Assembly (NCBI RefSeq): GCF_020745735.1
Contig: NC_083443.1
Location: 12,327,006 to 12,391,005, forward strand
DNA: 64,000 nt
Direction of reading: 5' to 3'
From: Hemiscyllium ocellatum
Lineage: Eukaryota
The notes below the pieces were generated by a model. It was not told where the DNA came from, searched no databases, and was given only the letters and a program-made list of their open reading frames with translations. A program made the translations under genes and the position numbers. Below are positions 13,001 to 24,879 of this stretch, piece by piece (position 1 is the stretch's first letter; each line of letters opens with the position of its first letter).

Positions 13001-16000
13001 CATCAAGTTAACCCAAGTTAAAAGTTAGCCGGCAGTGGATGATATAAGACATGGTCTGAAACATTGTTGGCATCACATTTTCACAAATGCAGAGAGGGGA
13101 AAAAAAAACATTCCCACACCACGCTGAATGGACTTCAAGATCACTGGTCATTCCAACGAGGGAAGCAAAACAGAGGCTCACTACTTTTCTCAGGCTGAGC
13201 ATTATGCTTTGTGTGGATTTTATGCAGCATTTGAGCATTGTGAACTCTGTATATATATCGTAAATCGTAAAACAGTACAGCTCTTAAATAAATGACAGTA
13301 CAGAAAAGCTCAACAAAATCAATTCACTTTGAACTGCAAGGGATAGAACCAGCCACATTTACAGAGAAAATAAAAGGTTTACCTTTGTCAGCAGTGGTAC
13401 GAAGCAGTAATCCAGGTCAGCTGCCATGGGGCAAGGACTCTTGTACTCAGAATCTGAAACCTATAGCACAGCAGAAAATAATTCTCATGACTCCTGTAGT
13501 CATGTAGTAAACATTCATAAAGAATCATAGTTCTGACAGATAAATGTGCTGTCAAGCCAAGTTGTGCTGTCAAACCTAGCAAACAGACCTTTTGGTCACC
13601 AATACTGCTTTTCTGTGGCATGGATTATACACTCAGCTATATTATTGAAGTAGCAGAGTTAAGAATAATTTTCTACTGAAACAAATCTTCTCAAGAACTC
13701 TAGAAACATTTAGTCATGGAGGAGAGTAGAACAAAGCTTTTGCAGGAATATTAGAACAGAACCACATAACCTAGTCAAAAAAGTTGAAATGCTGGCTACT
13801 CTAAGTCTAAATTACATCTAACCCCCATCTGAACACAGGGAATATTTGGTCAATGCGGAGTAGTGCAATACTCCAAACGAAACATGGTTAATAGTTCCGC
13901 ACAACATTGGTGGGCTGCCAATAAGGGTTATTTTCTTACTGCAGTACAAGGTTTCCACCTATAATTAAAAACTTCAAATGTTCTACACCATAACAATTCT
14001 TATGACAAAAATAAAATTTATTTGAACCAACAAACTCTTACCAATGTTTTAATAGTCCCAAAGTTTGTAATGGCTTGGCGGAGCGAAGGGACATCAGCCT
14101 CAAAGTTCAGGGTGGGAGATTCTTCAGGTTTCAAAGTCAGGTCCTTCAATCTGCAGTGTGTGAAATAAGTGAGAGGCTGCTTTATTTATTTTTTAAACAC
14201 TTGTTAATACTAAAGAAAATTGCCAAAGCAACACAACCAATCCATTTCACAACATAATTAGATTGAGGAGATGAACTGTACAGAAAATGCTGGTAATAAA
14301 TGAGGAAGTGGCTGTTGACTGAGAGACTGAGTTAACGTGAAAAAGGCGATAACCTTTTGTAAAAACTGAAACAGTAATAAAGTAGTGGGTTTGAAACAGG
14401 TGGCAGACAAAAGCAGGGAAAGGTAACTGTTGTTGGGAAAGGAAAGAACAAAGATCAAAACATCTGTGATGGATGTGGAAAGGAGGAGAGATTAAATGAT
14501 TAAAAAGTGCAAGGTGAAAAGGAGATGTTAACGGGACAAAACAAAAAAAAAAGGAGGCATAACTAGGAACAGCAGAATTATTATAAATTGTTGCTGCCTG
14601 GGGGAAAAAGAAAAATGGTAGTTGTGACCTGACATTAAATTCAATAATACCATAACACTTTCTCCACAGATGTTGCGAGACATGCTGAGTTTCCGCAGCA
14701 TTTTCCATATTTGTTTTAAATTCAACAATATTGAGCCCAGGAAATTGAAATTAAAAGGTGAGGCATTGTACCAGGCTCCTGTTGAGCTTCTGGCTACTCT
14801 ACATATTCCTTACTTCTCAGTCCAATGACAGGCTTTTGCTCACATGAAGGCTACTGCAGGTTAGGATAGTAGTGCAAAGCAAGAACTCAGCTTCCATATG
14901 TAACCCAGTTTCATCAATGCTGCTGCACTTTCAAACACTGATTAGAACCGAACTCAAAATGCTTTGAAAACAAATTGGGCATTTGACACAGTGAAGCTGA
15001 ATCAGTCACAAAATCCCACATGTTTCCTAATCAGATATACCGAACAAAGCTGGTCTAACAACAACCAAAAGCCACTCATTACATTAAAAGCTCAAAAGGA
15101 TCTGTATTGCTCAACTGATAATTCTGTAACTGAATTCTGATTTTAAATTCACAAAATAAAGATATCAACAACATTTTTCTTTATAAAGTATGGCAACTCT
15201 CACCTCTCTAGGCAGGTTTTAATTTGCTCAGCTGGAAGATTACTTTGTGGATGTTCCAATTGATGAACAAGACAGTTGAACTGACCCAGCAGCTGATGGA
15301 AAAGAAAAAGTACACATTTACTTGAATCATGTTAACAAACAAAATTCTTTATCCAAAACAATTATTCTCAGAGTACTGACACACTTTGGGGAAAAAAGGG
15401 AAAAAGCAAAATCAGAGACCAGAAATGTATAAAGGGATAGGGATTTACTGGATCATGGATGGATTTGAAAATAACCTGCAGTAATCAAATTTATGTTTGG
15501 GGGAATTGGGAGTTGGTGTAGGTCAATGATGATGAGCAAATGGGAGCTACTGCAAGTCAGGAGATAGACAGCTCCTCTAGGTGACTGTGCAGCATAATAC
15601 AAAATTCAAATCTATAAATTAAAATGCCAAAATAACAAAGGGGCAGACATGAAGAGCTAGGTTGGAGGCAGGCACAATGGGAAAATAGAATACACAGTGA
15701 AGACAAATACTTGTTGCACACATCTTCAAATTTTATGTTGATTAAGAAACTGTATTCAAACCCAATTAATATAAACAGTCAATTATCATACACATAATTT
15801 GGTATCTTAAGGCTTATCACTTACAAACAAGCCTAGCATCATCCTTTTCATGCAATGCATACTCAGGAGATCCTAACCTCCTGAGTGTTGGGGCAGCACA
15901 GCAGTTAGCATTGCTGCCTCACAGCACAATAGACCCGGGTTCGATTCCAGCCTTGGGCGACTGTCTGTGTGAAGTTTGCACACTCTCCCCATGTGTGTGG

Positions 16001-17230
16001 GTTTCCTCCAGGTGCTCCGGTTTCCTCCCACAATCCAAAGATGTGTAGGTCAGGTGAATTGGCCATGCTAAATTGCCCATTGTGTTCAGTGATGTGTAGA
16101 GTAGATGCATTAGTCAGGAGTAAATGTAGAGTGATGGGGAATGGACTTGGGTGGGATACTCTTCGGAGGGTTGGCATGGCCTTGTTGTACCAAAGGGCCT
16201 ATTTTCACACTGTAGGGATTCTATGGAATAACCTGTTGCTTTTCAAATTCAATAGTCCAACCTTTAGAGTTCTTTCTTTAATGGTGCATCAATAGAACAG
16301 AGTTTCAAAAAGCCTTTGACTGTCAATAATAAGGAAATGAGCCTTTAAAAAAGCAGTGAGATCGGTGAAAGCCTATAAACAGATAAGGCAAGAAATCTGA
16401 ATCAACGGGTGAAAGATTCTGGGTAATCCAAGATGAAGGGCGGGAAAAAATTGTGGCTCTAAGAGCTGCTCTTTTTTGAGGTATTTTAGGTGTTGGAGGT
16501 GATTTTCTCGAATTCCAGGAGCAGCAATTACTGTTCTATATGCTGTTGTATTGTTTTGGAACTTTGGAGCTGCCAGAGGAAATAGTGGAGGCTGGTACAA
16601 ATACAGAATTTAAAAGGCATCTAGACGGTTATATGAATAGGAAGGGTGTAGAGGGATATAGGCCAAGTGCTGACAAATGGGACTAGATTAGGTTAGGATA
16701 TTTGGTCAGTATGGACGAGTTGGGCTGAGGGGTCTGTTTCTGTGCGGTACATCTCTATGACTCCATAAAAGTTGCCTTACCCAATAAAGTTGCTGAATCT
16801 GTTGCTGCAGGGCTTCCTCCTTTAGCTGCTCCACAAGGTCGATTTGTTCCAATAGATAAACCTCCCTACTCCTCAAGCACTCCAAGTGACGGCTGATGCA
16901 ACTGTGGATTTGAAATTTTACCTACAAAAGACCAAGAAACAAAGCAATGTCATTCCTCATCCAAGAAATATAATTTAGCAGTTTCTATAACAAAATAATC
17001 TACAAGGTGTAGCAGTAAAAAAAAACGCTTTACTTAAAGTCAGTTAATGGATGCAAACACTTAACATAAGCTAGACTTACTTCCTTACTGTTTGCTTTAA
17101 TCTCCTGTTCGGCCTTAATGATACTGCCAATGGCCATCTCCAAATCTCGCTTGGCCTGCAAACAATTAGTGAACAAATCCTTGGATTGGAAGCTGGCATT
17201 TTCCCCACCCTGGTTGTGTGTTGGATTCAT
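4022..17230 (-). CDS. NCOA4: Nuclear receptor coactivator 4 (ferritinophagy receptor), spliced CDS of about 686 aa. Exons: 17081-17230, 16781-16921, 15204-15292, 14042-14150, 13383-13460, 12858-12968, 7843-9003, 6351-6431, 4489-4575, 4022-4075
   Basis: All exons are bounded by AG/GT with consistent phases. Peptides match recalled NCOA4: [72 protein letters not shown]. Confidence 0.95.
4489..4575 (-). CDS. NCOA4: NCOA4 exon ([29 protein letters not shown])
   Basis: 87 nt, phase 0-0, catatag|...CGG|gtcagt; LFA...D.E.WLY motif of the NCOA4 C-terminus. Confidence 0.8.
4897..5247 (+). mobile_element. HE1-type tRNA-derived SINE
   Basis: ggcacagtggctcagt..agcactgctgcctcacagc head, tgtgtggagtttgcac core, CR1-like tail. 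Confidence 0.88.
6351..6431 (-). CDS. NCOA4: NCOA4 exon ([27 protein letters not shown])
   Basis: 81 nt, phase 0-0, tgcatag|...AAG|gtcagt; resembles recalled human DHYGLPAVCDLFACMQLKVDKEK. Confidence 0.75.
7843..9003 (-). CDS. NCOA4: NCOA4 large exon (387 aa; disordered region, second ARA70 region, Cys cluster)
   Basis: ORF 7810..8997; acceptor tctgtag|GTT, donor CAC|gtaaga. Confidence 0.96.
9449..9607. mobile_element. Short MITE of the same pogo-like family
   Basis: TA-flanked TIRs cacaggaaccttg / caaggttcctctg. Confidence 0.65.
10283..12255 (-). mobile_element. CR1 LINE fragment (with an unrelated AT-rich insert at about 10722-10927)
   Basis: RT remnants ([25 protein letters not shown]). 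Confidence 0.88.
12858..12968 (-). CDS. NCOA4: NCOA4 exon ([37 protein letters not shown])
   Basis: 111 nt, ttcttcctacag|...CAG|gtgagt; KS...P..[ED]WL pattern of the homologous exon. Confidence 0.88.
13383..13460 (-). CDS. NCOA4: Probable NCOA4 exon ([26 protein letters not shown])
   Basis: 78 nt, phase 0-0, ctatag|...AAG|gtaaac; position fits the poorly conserved short mammalian exon, but there is no clear sequence similarity. Confidence 0.6.
14042..14150 (-). CDS. NCOA4: NCOA4 exon ([36 protein letters not shown])
   Basis: 109 nt, ctgcag|...|gtaaga, phase 2 to 0; LTLKPE..FEAD..LRQ.IT.FG motif. Confidence 0.94.
15204..15292 (-). CDS. NCOA4: NCOA4 exon ([30 protein letters not shown])
   Basis: 89 nt, catcag|...AG|gtgaga, phase 0 to 2. 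Confidence 0.94.
15890..16224 (+). mobile_element. HE1-type SINE
   Basis: Same consensus; B box ggttcgattcc. Confidence 0.88.
16781..16921 (-). CDS. NCOA4: NCOA4 exon ([47 protein letters not shown])
   Basis: 141 nt, tttgtag|...TGG|gtaagg; highly conserved ARA70 segment. Confidence 0.96.
17081..17230 (-). CDS. NCOA4: NCOA4 first coding exon (MNPTHNQ...ANSKE); exon begins at about 17241 with 11 nt of UTR
   Basis: Acceptor ttctttcag|cag (NAGNAG), aagATG start, donor GAA|gtaagt; N-terminal coiled coil. Confidence 0.93.
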
Positions 17231-18911
17231 CTTGGTCTCTGCTGAAAGAAGTGGTCATTAAGATAAACTCAGCCACAGACATGAGCATGCAAGATTAGCA
17301 GGGCGGTCACATGCTCAACGCCCATTATGTGCCACTAACTTAAAAACAGTTCAATGTGAAAAACACTAAATATGTACTTCAATTTTTGCTGCCTAAGTTC
17401 ACTTATCAAGCAGACATCGCTCCCAAACATATCAGTTCATATTCGTATCCTGAAGGTATTTGTACAATTTTACTTTAACGTTTCTCTAGTATTTCTCATG
17501 CTGTCAAGATTTTACACTAGGAAGGATACTGAAACCTCCTAAAAAATAACAAATATACTTCATTTAATATATTTAAGCAAAAATCAACTGGTATGGTTAA
17601 AGCTTTTTTTCTAAAACTTAACTACAGCACAACTGTCCCAGGAAGGTAACTACTCCATTATAGTCAGTCACAAAACTATTCACATTGTTTTTCAGGAAAT
17701 TTTCAAGTGGATCTGAAATGTATAGTCAAGTGAGCTTAATATTGTATTGTTTCTCTTTCTCAACAGATGCCGTCAGACCTGAGTTTCTCTACTTTTCTTT
17801 GCAGATTTCCTAAATTGGCAGAGTTTTGCTCACTATAAATTTGTCTGTTATTCAATTAGTAGGTCAGCTTACAGAAAGGAAGATGGCTGTCCTCACATGA
17901 TTTGATTCATGGCCTCAATGTTTACCCATCTGCTTCCCTTTCATATCCAATTTGCAGACCTCCTGTTACCTCAGCTATATTTTCATTGTAATTTCATAAA
18001 TCAATCTAGTTAACTAATAACATGCAAAAGAAATGTGAATGGCATGCAAAGACAGAGACTAATACAAGGGATTATGTATATACACAAACCCTCACACGGC
18101 ACTATTCAGAGTGAGGCTGAGAATACACCACTTTATAACAGTAGAGTCATTATTAACAAAGGATTGCTGAAAGTGCAACATTTCCAAAACGTGTGCACTG
18201 TATTCAGAATGTATATCATTCTCAAAAGTTTTAAATTAGCCAAGTAAAACAGTGTCTTCAATATAATAAAAAAAAGCCAAATAATGTGCAAAGACAAAAA
18301 AAGGCAGCTTGATACTTTTAAATGGAGACAAGACGATGCCTTAGGGACCCTTAAAATAAGTATATAAGGTACTTAAAAACACATGAATCCAAAATGACAT
18401 GTTTCAACTGCAGTAAAGAATATATTCAACCATTTCCTGTTTAAAGAATCAGATTACAGTCTCTCTCACTGAGAATGGGGTTAACATTAAAACATGGAAG
18501 TGCAGAGTTACTGTGACAACATTTACACCCACACAGAATATATTCAAGCATTTCCTTGTTTGACAAGTTTGTCTCAAATTGACAGATGACTTACTTGAAG
18601 TATTTTTTTAAAGAAAGATGTTTAAACCGAACATGTAAATTTGACATTAAATATAATCTGGATAAATATATTTGAGTTTCTTCAAAAAGAAATAATCTAT
18701 TGACATTTTTCAGAAAGTAAGTAAAATTAAACACTAAAATTGTCAAGGAATTAGAGGATTTGAGAGGAACTACAAACTCTCCAATGGAGAAGTTCACATA
18801 AAATGTGTTTTAAAGTCTTCGAGGATCACAGCACAATCAAAATCTGGCATATTAAGGTCACTTCTAGAGGAGGGAAAGCAAGCACACAACATACTCCCTT
18901 AAACAGACTGA

Positions 18912-19845
18912 GTCATACAGCATGGAACCTTTGTTCCATCTTGACCAGGTTTCCTGAACAGAACCAGTTGCCTGCACTTGGCACATATCCCCCTAAACTT
19001 TCCTACTCAAGCTTATGCTCAAAACATCGACTCTCCTGCTCCTCTAATGCTACCTGACCGACTGTGCTTTTCCAGCGCCACACTTTTTGACTCTGATCTA
19101 CAGTATCTGCAGTCCTCACTTTCTCCTACTCATAGCGCTGTCTAAAATCGATTTTCAGTTTGTAACTGTATCTGCTTCCATCACTTCTGCTGGCAGCACT
19201 TTCCATATATACACTACCCTCTGAGTGAAAACATTGCCCCTTAGGTCTCTTTTAAATCTTTCCGCCGTCATCTTAAACCTATGCCCTCTAGTTTTGGACT
19301 CTCCTCATGATTTCATTAACCTGTATAAGGTCACCTCTCAGCCTCCTATGGTCCAGGGTGAAAAGTCCCAGACTATCCAGCCTCTCCTTATAACTGAAAC
19401 TTTCCAGTCTTGGTAACATCCTTGTAAATATTTTTTACACCTTTTCCAGGTTAATAACATCCTTCCTACAACACAGCGATCAGAACTGTAACATGATACT
19501 CCAACCCCTGTATTCAAAACTCAACCAATAAAGGCAAGTGTGCCAAATGCTGCCATCTGTTACACTACTTTCAAGGAATATGCACCTGCACTCCTAGGTT
19601 TGTCTGTTCCACAACACTCCCTGACCCTACCATCAACTGTGTAACTCCTGCCCTGGTTTGTCTTACCAACATGCAACATCTTGCATTTACCTCATTAAAC
19701 TCCATCCGCCATTCCTCAACCTCTGGCCCAGTATAAGATCTCATTATACGTTCAACCTTCTTCACTGACCACTATATCACTGATTTGAGTGTCACCCGCA
19801 AAACCATGCCTCCAAAATTCTTATCCAAACTGTTTACATTAGTGA
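18912..19845 (-). mobile_element. Degenerate CR1 3' fragment (PLE-derived insert at about 19020-19127)
   Basis: WRMEFN.., CR1 3' end similarity. Confidence 0.75.
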
Positions 19846-20868
19846 CACCCTCCGCCCACCCATTGAGTTAATGTTAGGCCTGTACACCACAGTTTGGAAT
19901 GTTAACAGAACATAGTGCTGAAAAACTGCAAAGCCCTCTTATGCTGAACATAGGACTTACAAAACAGTTAAGAGGTTTAGCCACGGCTGTGCAAAATGGA
20001 TTGCCTAGAAATGAATATGTTCTTGGGCTGTAGTATGCAGGGTCTGATCCACCTCACATCCCTTGTTGATCTCTTGGCCCATTCATTGCCACCCACACTG
20101 TCCAGAGATTCATTTGATGAAGAGCTCCAAAATTCTGTTCAACTTCGATTTGAATTGTTCCTATAAAAAAGCCTCCAAAAGGGAAGAAACCTGCATTCTT
20201 CCATACGTCAAATCGGGTTCACACCTGTCATAATCAGAAGGATATTCTGTCACCCATAGTGCAGCATAACTTCCTTTTAATAGGTTGCATCTTGCTTTCA
20301 CTATTTTCCATCAGCTTCAAAATTTCCCTTCAGTGGTCTGAAAGCTCAATATTGATAAGAAGGGAATCTGGTACTATTGCTTGTCTGTCGGGAATGTGAA
20401 AATGAGTTACCAACATAAACAACGCTCGGGCGTACAGCCATCAGGGAATTATGAGCTCTGGCTCATCTAATTCAACTGATCCTGCATTATTTCCAAAATT
20501 TAAAATCACAACAATCCCGAAATAATAATCACCAGGTTACAGTCAATATTAACAAAGCCAGATACAGGTTGGGTCCAAGAGGTAGATGGGCTCCCACATT
20601 CTGCACTCACTCTACCCTGCAAACGCATAAAATGGAACAATATTTAAAATTTTAACAAGACCGAAGGATAGATGGTGCAAAAATCAAGGTTTAAGGAGAA
20701 TGCATCCTTCCCAGTCTCTCCTTACTCTGCCCTTAGCACAGGCCTAGCGGCCATTACTGCAACTGCTCTCCAACGTCTCTCTTCAATGACCCTCAGCTTA
20801 CACAAGCGAGAATAATTATAACAACTATTTAGCACGCACACTACAGGAATTGATGCCACTGACTGTAC

Positions 20869-21100
20869 CTGTGTGGCGGATGCCGGTGAGACGCTGCCAA
20901 AGCTGTTAGTTAAAACGATCACTGTCACACCACCTTCCCATCCGCCAGCCTGGGACTGCCGGGGACCCAACTCCCCAACCCTTTATATAGACCCAGCCAC
21001 GTCACGGAACCGACCCTGCGTGACGCGTCACGCACGCGGCACAGCTGCCTTCACGTCAGCAGTCCGCCACGAGCAGCTCAGCCAGCTGCACGTACACAGG
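20869..21100 (-). promoter_or_regulatory. NCOA4: Proximal NCOA4 promoter and non-coding first exon (about 20958->20869)
   Basis: CpG-rich patch; minus-strand TATATAAAG at 20981-20989; TGACGTGG 20997-21004; palindrome 21017-21034; TGACGTGA 21051-21058; TACGTGC 21088-21094; donor CAG|gtacag at 20869. Confidence 0.7.
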
Positions 21101-22652
21101 GGCCTCCAGGAGGGGGGTGTGCAACGGCCCATCGCTGCAGCAATCTGTACCCAGACAGGGGCTCCGCCTGGGGAATGATCAACATCCACTGCTGCAACAT
21201 TTAATAAGGGGGATTGGGGTGGTGAAGACAGCTTAGAACCTTTACAATCTTCACGACAAATAATTCAGATTTTTGTTTCAAAGACTAGCTGGAGAGAATC
21301 AGAATTACATGGTTGGTTTTAAAATAATTATGAAGTGATAATTATAAATTTCAATAAGCTTTCAACAAAGCAAACAACTCAAAACATGGGACCTCCCACC
21401 AGGTTTGGAAGAGGCCTGACTAAAAATAGCAACTTATGATGTGTCAAATTGTTACTCACTTGGTGTTACAAAGTTATTTTATAACTGTTTACATTTTGTG
21501 TTAGTTCTGCAGACTTAAAGAAAGCATATTTATATTTTCAAATTACTGGGGTCACATTTCATTGCAAATTCACAACATAGACTGAATCAAACCCACCAAG
21601 CAGTTTGATGCAGCAGTCATGCAAAACAATACAGACGGGTTTTTGGATGAGGACTCATGAAGGTTACCAGTTGCTGTATACCAAAAATTATAAATCCCTT
21701 TCTCCTGCCACACTGCCAAAGCCTTTTAACCAAACAGGCAATGAACAGAATTACAAGTGGCTAATAAGAATTTCTGAAGGTGATGTTAGCCACATGATCT
21801 TTGGCTGTAAATCTAGGTCAAAGGTGCCACTCTATTTTAAACAAAGCAACCCAGTTACTGATAACTTTTGTCCTTGGGACATTTAGACGAGAAGGTGATC
21901 ATTTAACACTATACTGATTGAAACTATGCTGCAATACAGCTCCCAACTGGAGTATCTCAAGATTCTTTGCTTTCTTGCTGTCATGATTGGTCAGCTCAAA
22001 CATTTTTTTTTATTTAGCATGCTGGTAAAGCACAAAGAAATGGTGGCAATCTTGGCATAAAAGAGTATGTTAATTATGAGGAAAATCAAAGTTAAAAACC
22101 ACACAACACCAGGTTATAGTGCAACAGGTTATTTGGTAACCCAGCCTTTCGGAGCACTGCTTCTTTATCAGCCAAGGAGGAGTGGTCCGAAAGCTAGTGC
22201 TTCCAAATAAACCTGTTGGAGTACAACCTGGTATTGAGAGATTTTTAACTTTGTCCACCCCAGTCCAACACCGATTCCGTCACATCAGAGGTAAATCAAA
22301 GATTTCTATGAATTGGTGGGTTGGTAAAAGGACAAGATTTACTACTGCAGGAAAAAGTCTAATAGAAATGGAAACAAAATTCATAATTTTTTAAAGGATA
22401 GTTTAATGACATAAATTGAAAAGGCTGGAGGAAAGGGCAGGGAGATTTAAAATTATTGAACAGCTCCTCCTTCCAAAATATTTACCTCAAATCAATAACA
22501 GAATTTTTTATGACAGTTGCAATTTGTGGGAGCATGCAACGCAAAAATTGACTGAAATTCCTTACTTTTAACATACACAATAATTGAAAAGAACTTCACA
22601 GCAAGGCTTTAGAATGGCCTGACATTCTGAATGGTACAGTATAAATACAAAA

Positions 22653-23165
22653 AGTGCAATTCTGGTCTCCTTCCGATCGGAAAGATATTGTGAAACATGA
22701 AAGGGTTCAGAAAAGATTTACAAGGATGTTGCCAGGGTTGGAGGATTTGAGCTATAGAGAGAGACTGAACAGGCTGGAGCTGTTTTCCCTTGAACATCAG
22801 AGGCTGAGGGGTGACCTTATAGAGGTTTACAAAATTATGAGGGGCATGGATAGGATAAATAGGCAAAGTCTTTTCCCTGGGGTTGGGGAGTCCAGAACTA
22901 GAGGACATACATAGGTGTAGGGTGAGAGGGGAAAGACATAAAAGGGGCAACCTTTTCACACAGAGTGGTACGTGCATGGAATGAGCTGCCAAACGAAGTG
23001 GCGGAGGCTAGTACAATTGCAACATACAAAAGGCATTTGGAAGGGTTTGGAAGAATATGGGCCGGGTGCTGGCAGGTGGGACTAGATTGGGCTGGGATAT
23101 CTGGTTGGCATAGATGGGTTGTACCGAAGGGTCTGTTTCATTGCTGTAAATCTCTATGACTCTAA
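22653..23165 (+). mobile_element. CR1 3' fragment
   Basis: QFWSP..ERVQKRFTRMLPGL; tail ctctatgactcta. Confidence 0.9.
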
Positions 23166-23342
23166 TTCCTTCTGTGAGGAAAACAAATTTGAAAAATCTG
23201 AAATAATAAAATATCCCAAGGTGCTTCACAGGAACATTAATATAACAAAGAGATGTTCAGGTTGATTAGGAGATCTGTGGACAGACAGTTTTAAAAATAA
23301 AGAGGTGTGTTTACACAGCATCTTGGGGAGAGGAGACAGGTA

Positions 23343-23655
23343 GAATCACAGAATCCATTCAACCTATAACGTCTCACTAACCCTTCGAAGAACATCCCAT
23401 CCTTTTAACTCCGCATGGGATTTTACCACGAATAACTCACCTAACCTGCACATGACTGGACACTACAGGCAATTTTTAGCATGGTAAATCCACCTAATAT
23501 TTTGCACAATGGGAGGAAACCGGAGCACCTGGAGGAAATCCACACAGACACAGGGAGAACACGCAACCCTACAGATAGTCGCCCAACACTGGAATCGAAC
23601 CCAGGTCCCTGGCACTGAGAGACAGCTGTGCTTAACCACAGTGCCACTATGCCGC
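23343..23655 (-). mobile_element. HE1-type SINE
   Basis: Reverse complement of the consensus. Confidence 0.82.
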
Positions 23656-24879
23656 ACTAAATAAATAACCTTAGGTAGGGAGGATACGGAATATCTTTCC
23701 AGAGTTAAGGCCTAGGCAGCTGAAGCCAGGGTCATCAATAGTGGATAGATGAAAGCTGAAGATGACAGGACACCAAGATGCCCACACTGTGTAACGGCAG
23801 CATTGGCTTTCATCAGGTGTTCTTGTAGTCCAAAAAAAATTTTTTTAAACAGTTCAAATGCTGACGTTTTTAACTTCCCCCTTTTTGTTAACTATAAACT
23901 GAACCAAGAGGAGAAATCTCTGAAATGTGACCTATTTTCTATCAAAAACCCATAACATTGAAATGCAGTGCATACAGCGGACCTACATGACAGCTCTCCC
24001 TTTGACGTTGTTAGGACTTTTGCCATCTCTTCCATGTAGCATTAACAACCCCATTGTTGTTTTAGAAGATCTAAAGGAAGAACACTGCAATCTCTGGCTG
24101 GACATATTCTGACAGATATCATCACATGACACCCCACTCAGACTCTTGCTATTGGTCACCCAACATGTTGTCAACCACCATGGAGCTCCACCTTCCCACA
24201 TCTTACTACATGCCCCAGTTTTGACTTTTTAAAACCTGGTCTTTAAGAGAATGAAGTGTAGGGAGCAGTCAAGCAGCTAGTTTTTTTTTTAATTCGACAA
24301 ATTATCCTACTTTTCTAGAAGTATTTTAAAAATATGCACTCTAACTTACTCTTTTATGCCATTTTTTGCTCTTTGGAATTTATGATTATAGTCAGTTTTT
24401 GAGCAGCCATTTGGAGGGCAATCATAAGTAATGTTATACATATACCAAAGCGAAGTCACATTCACTCATCACCTGCACTACACTGGCTCCTTTCCACATT
24501 TGTGCTGTGTGGTGGTTTTCCTCATACCAAATTATCTGACATCACAAATGTCAGTACTCCCAATCATGTCTTCATGTAAGGAAATGATTCAAATGAAAAT
24601 CAAAACACACCACGCCAAACATTACGATTCCTCTTATTTCAATCATATAACTTCTGGATTGGTTGAAACCCATTCAGGCAGTCTCTGTCTCTCTCTCTCT
24701 CTCTCCTTCCCCCCCACCCCATCATTATCACTATTTTTAACCCTGCATCTCTCAAAGAACCTTTGCATATATACCTGCAATAATTATATCAGATGTTTAC
24801 AGCATAGAAACAGGCCAGAAAAGGTCCAGTGCCATAGTAGAAATTTCCCTGTCTCTGGGATACAGGTCAGGTTTCAAGT

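Noticed and set aside
23983-24236. 72-aa minus ORF with splice-like ends in the NCOA4 5' intron
   Set aside because: No recognisable homology and out of frame with the NCOA4 ATG if spliced; at most a non-coding exon
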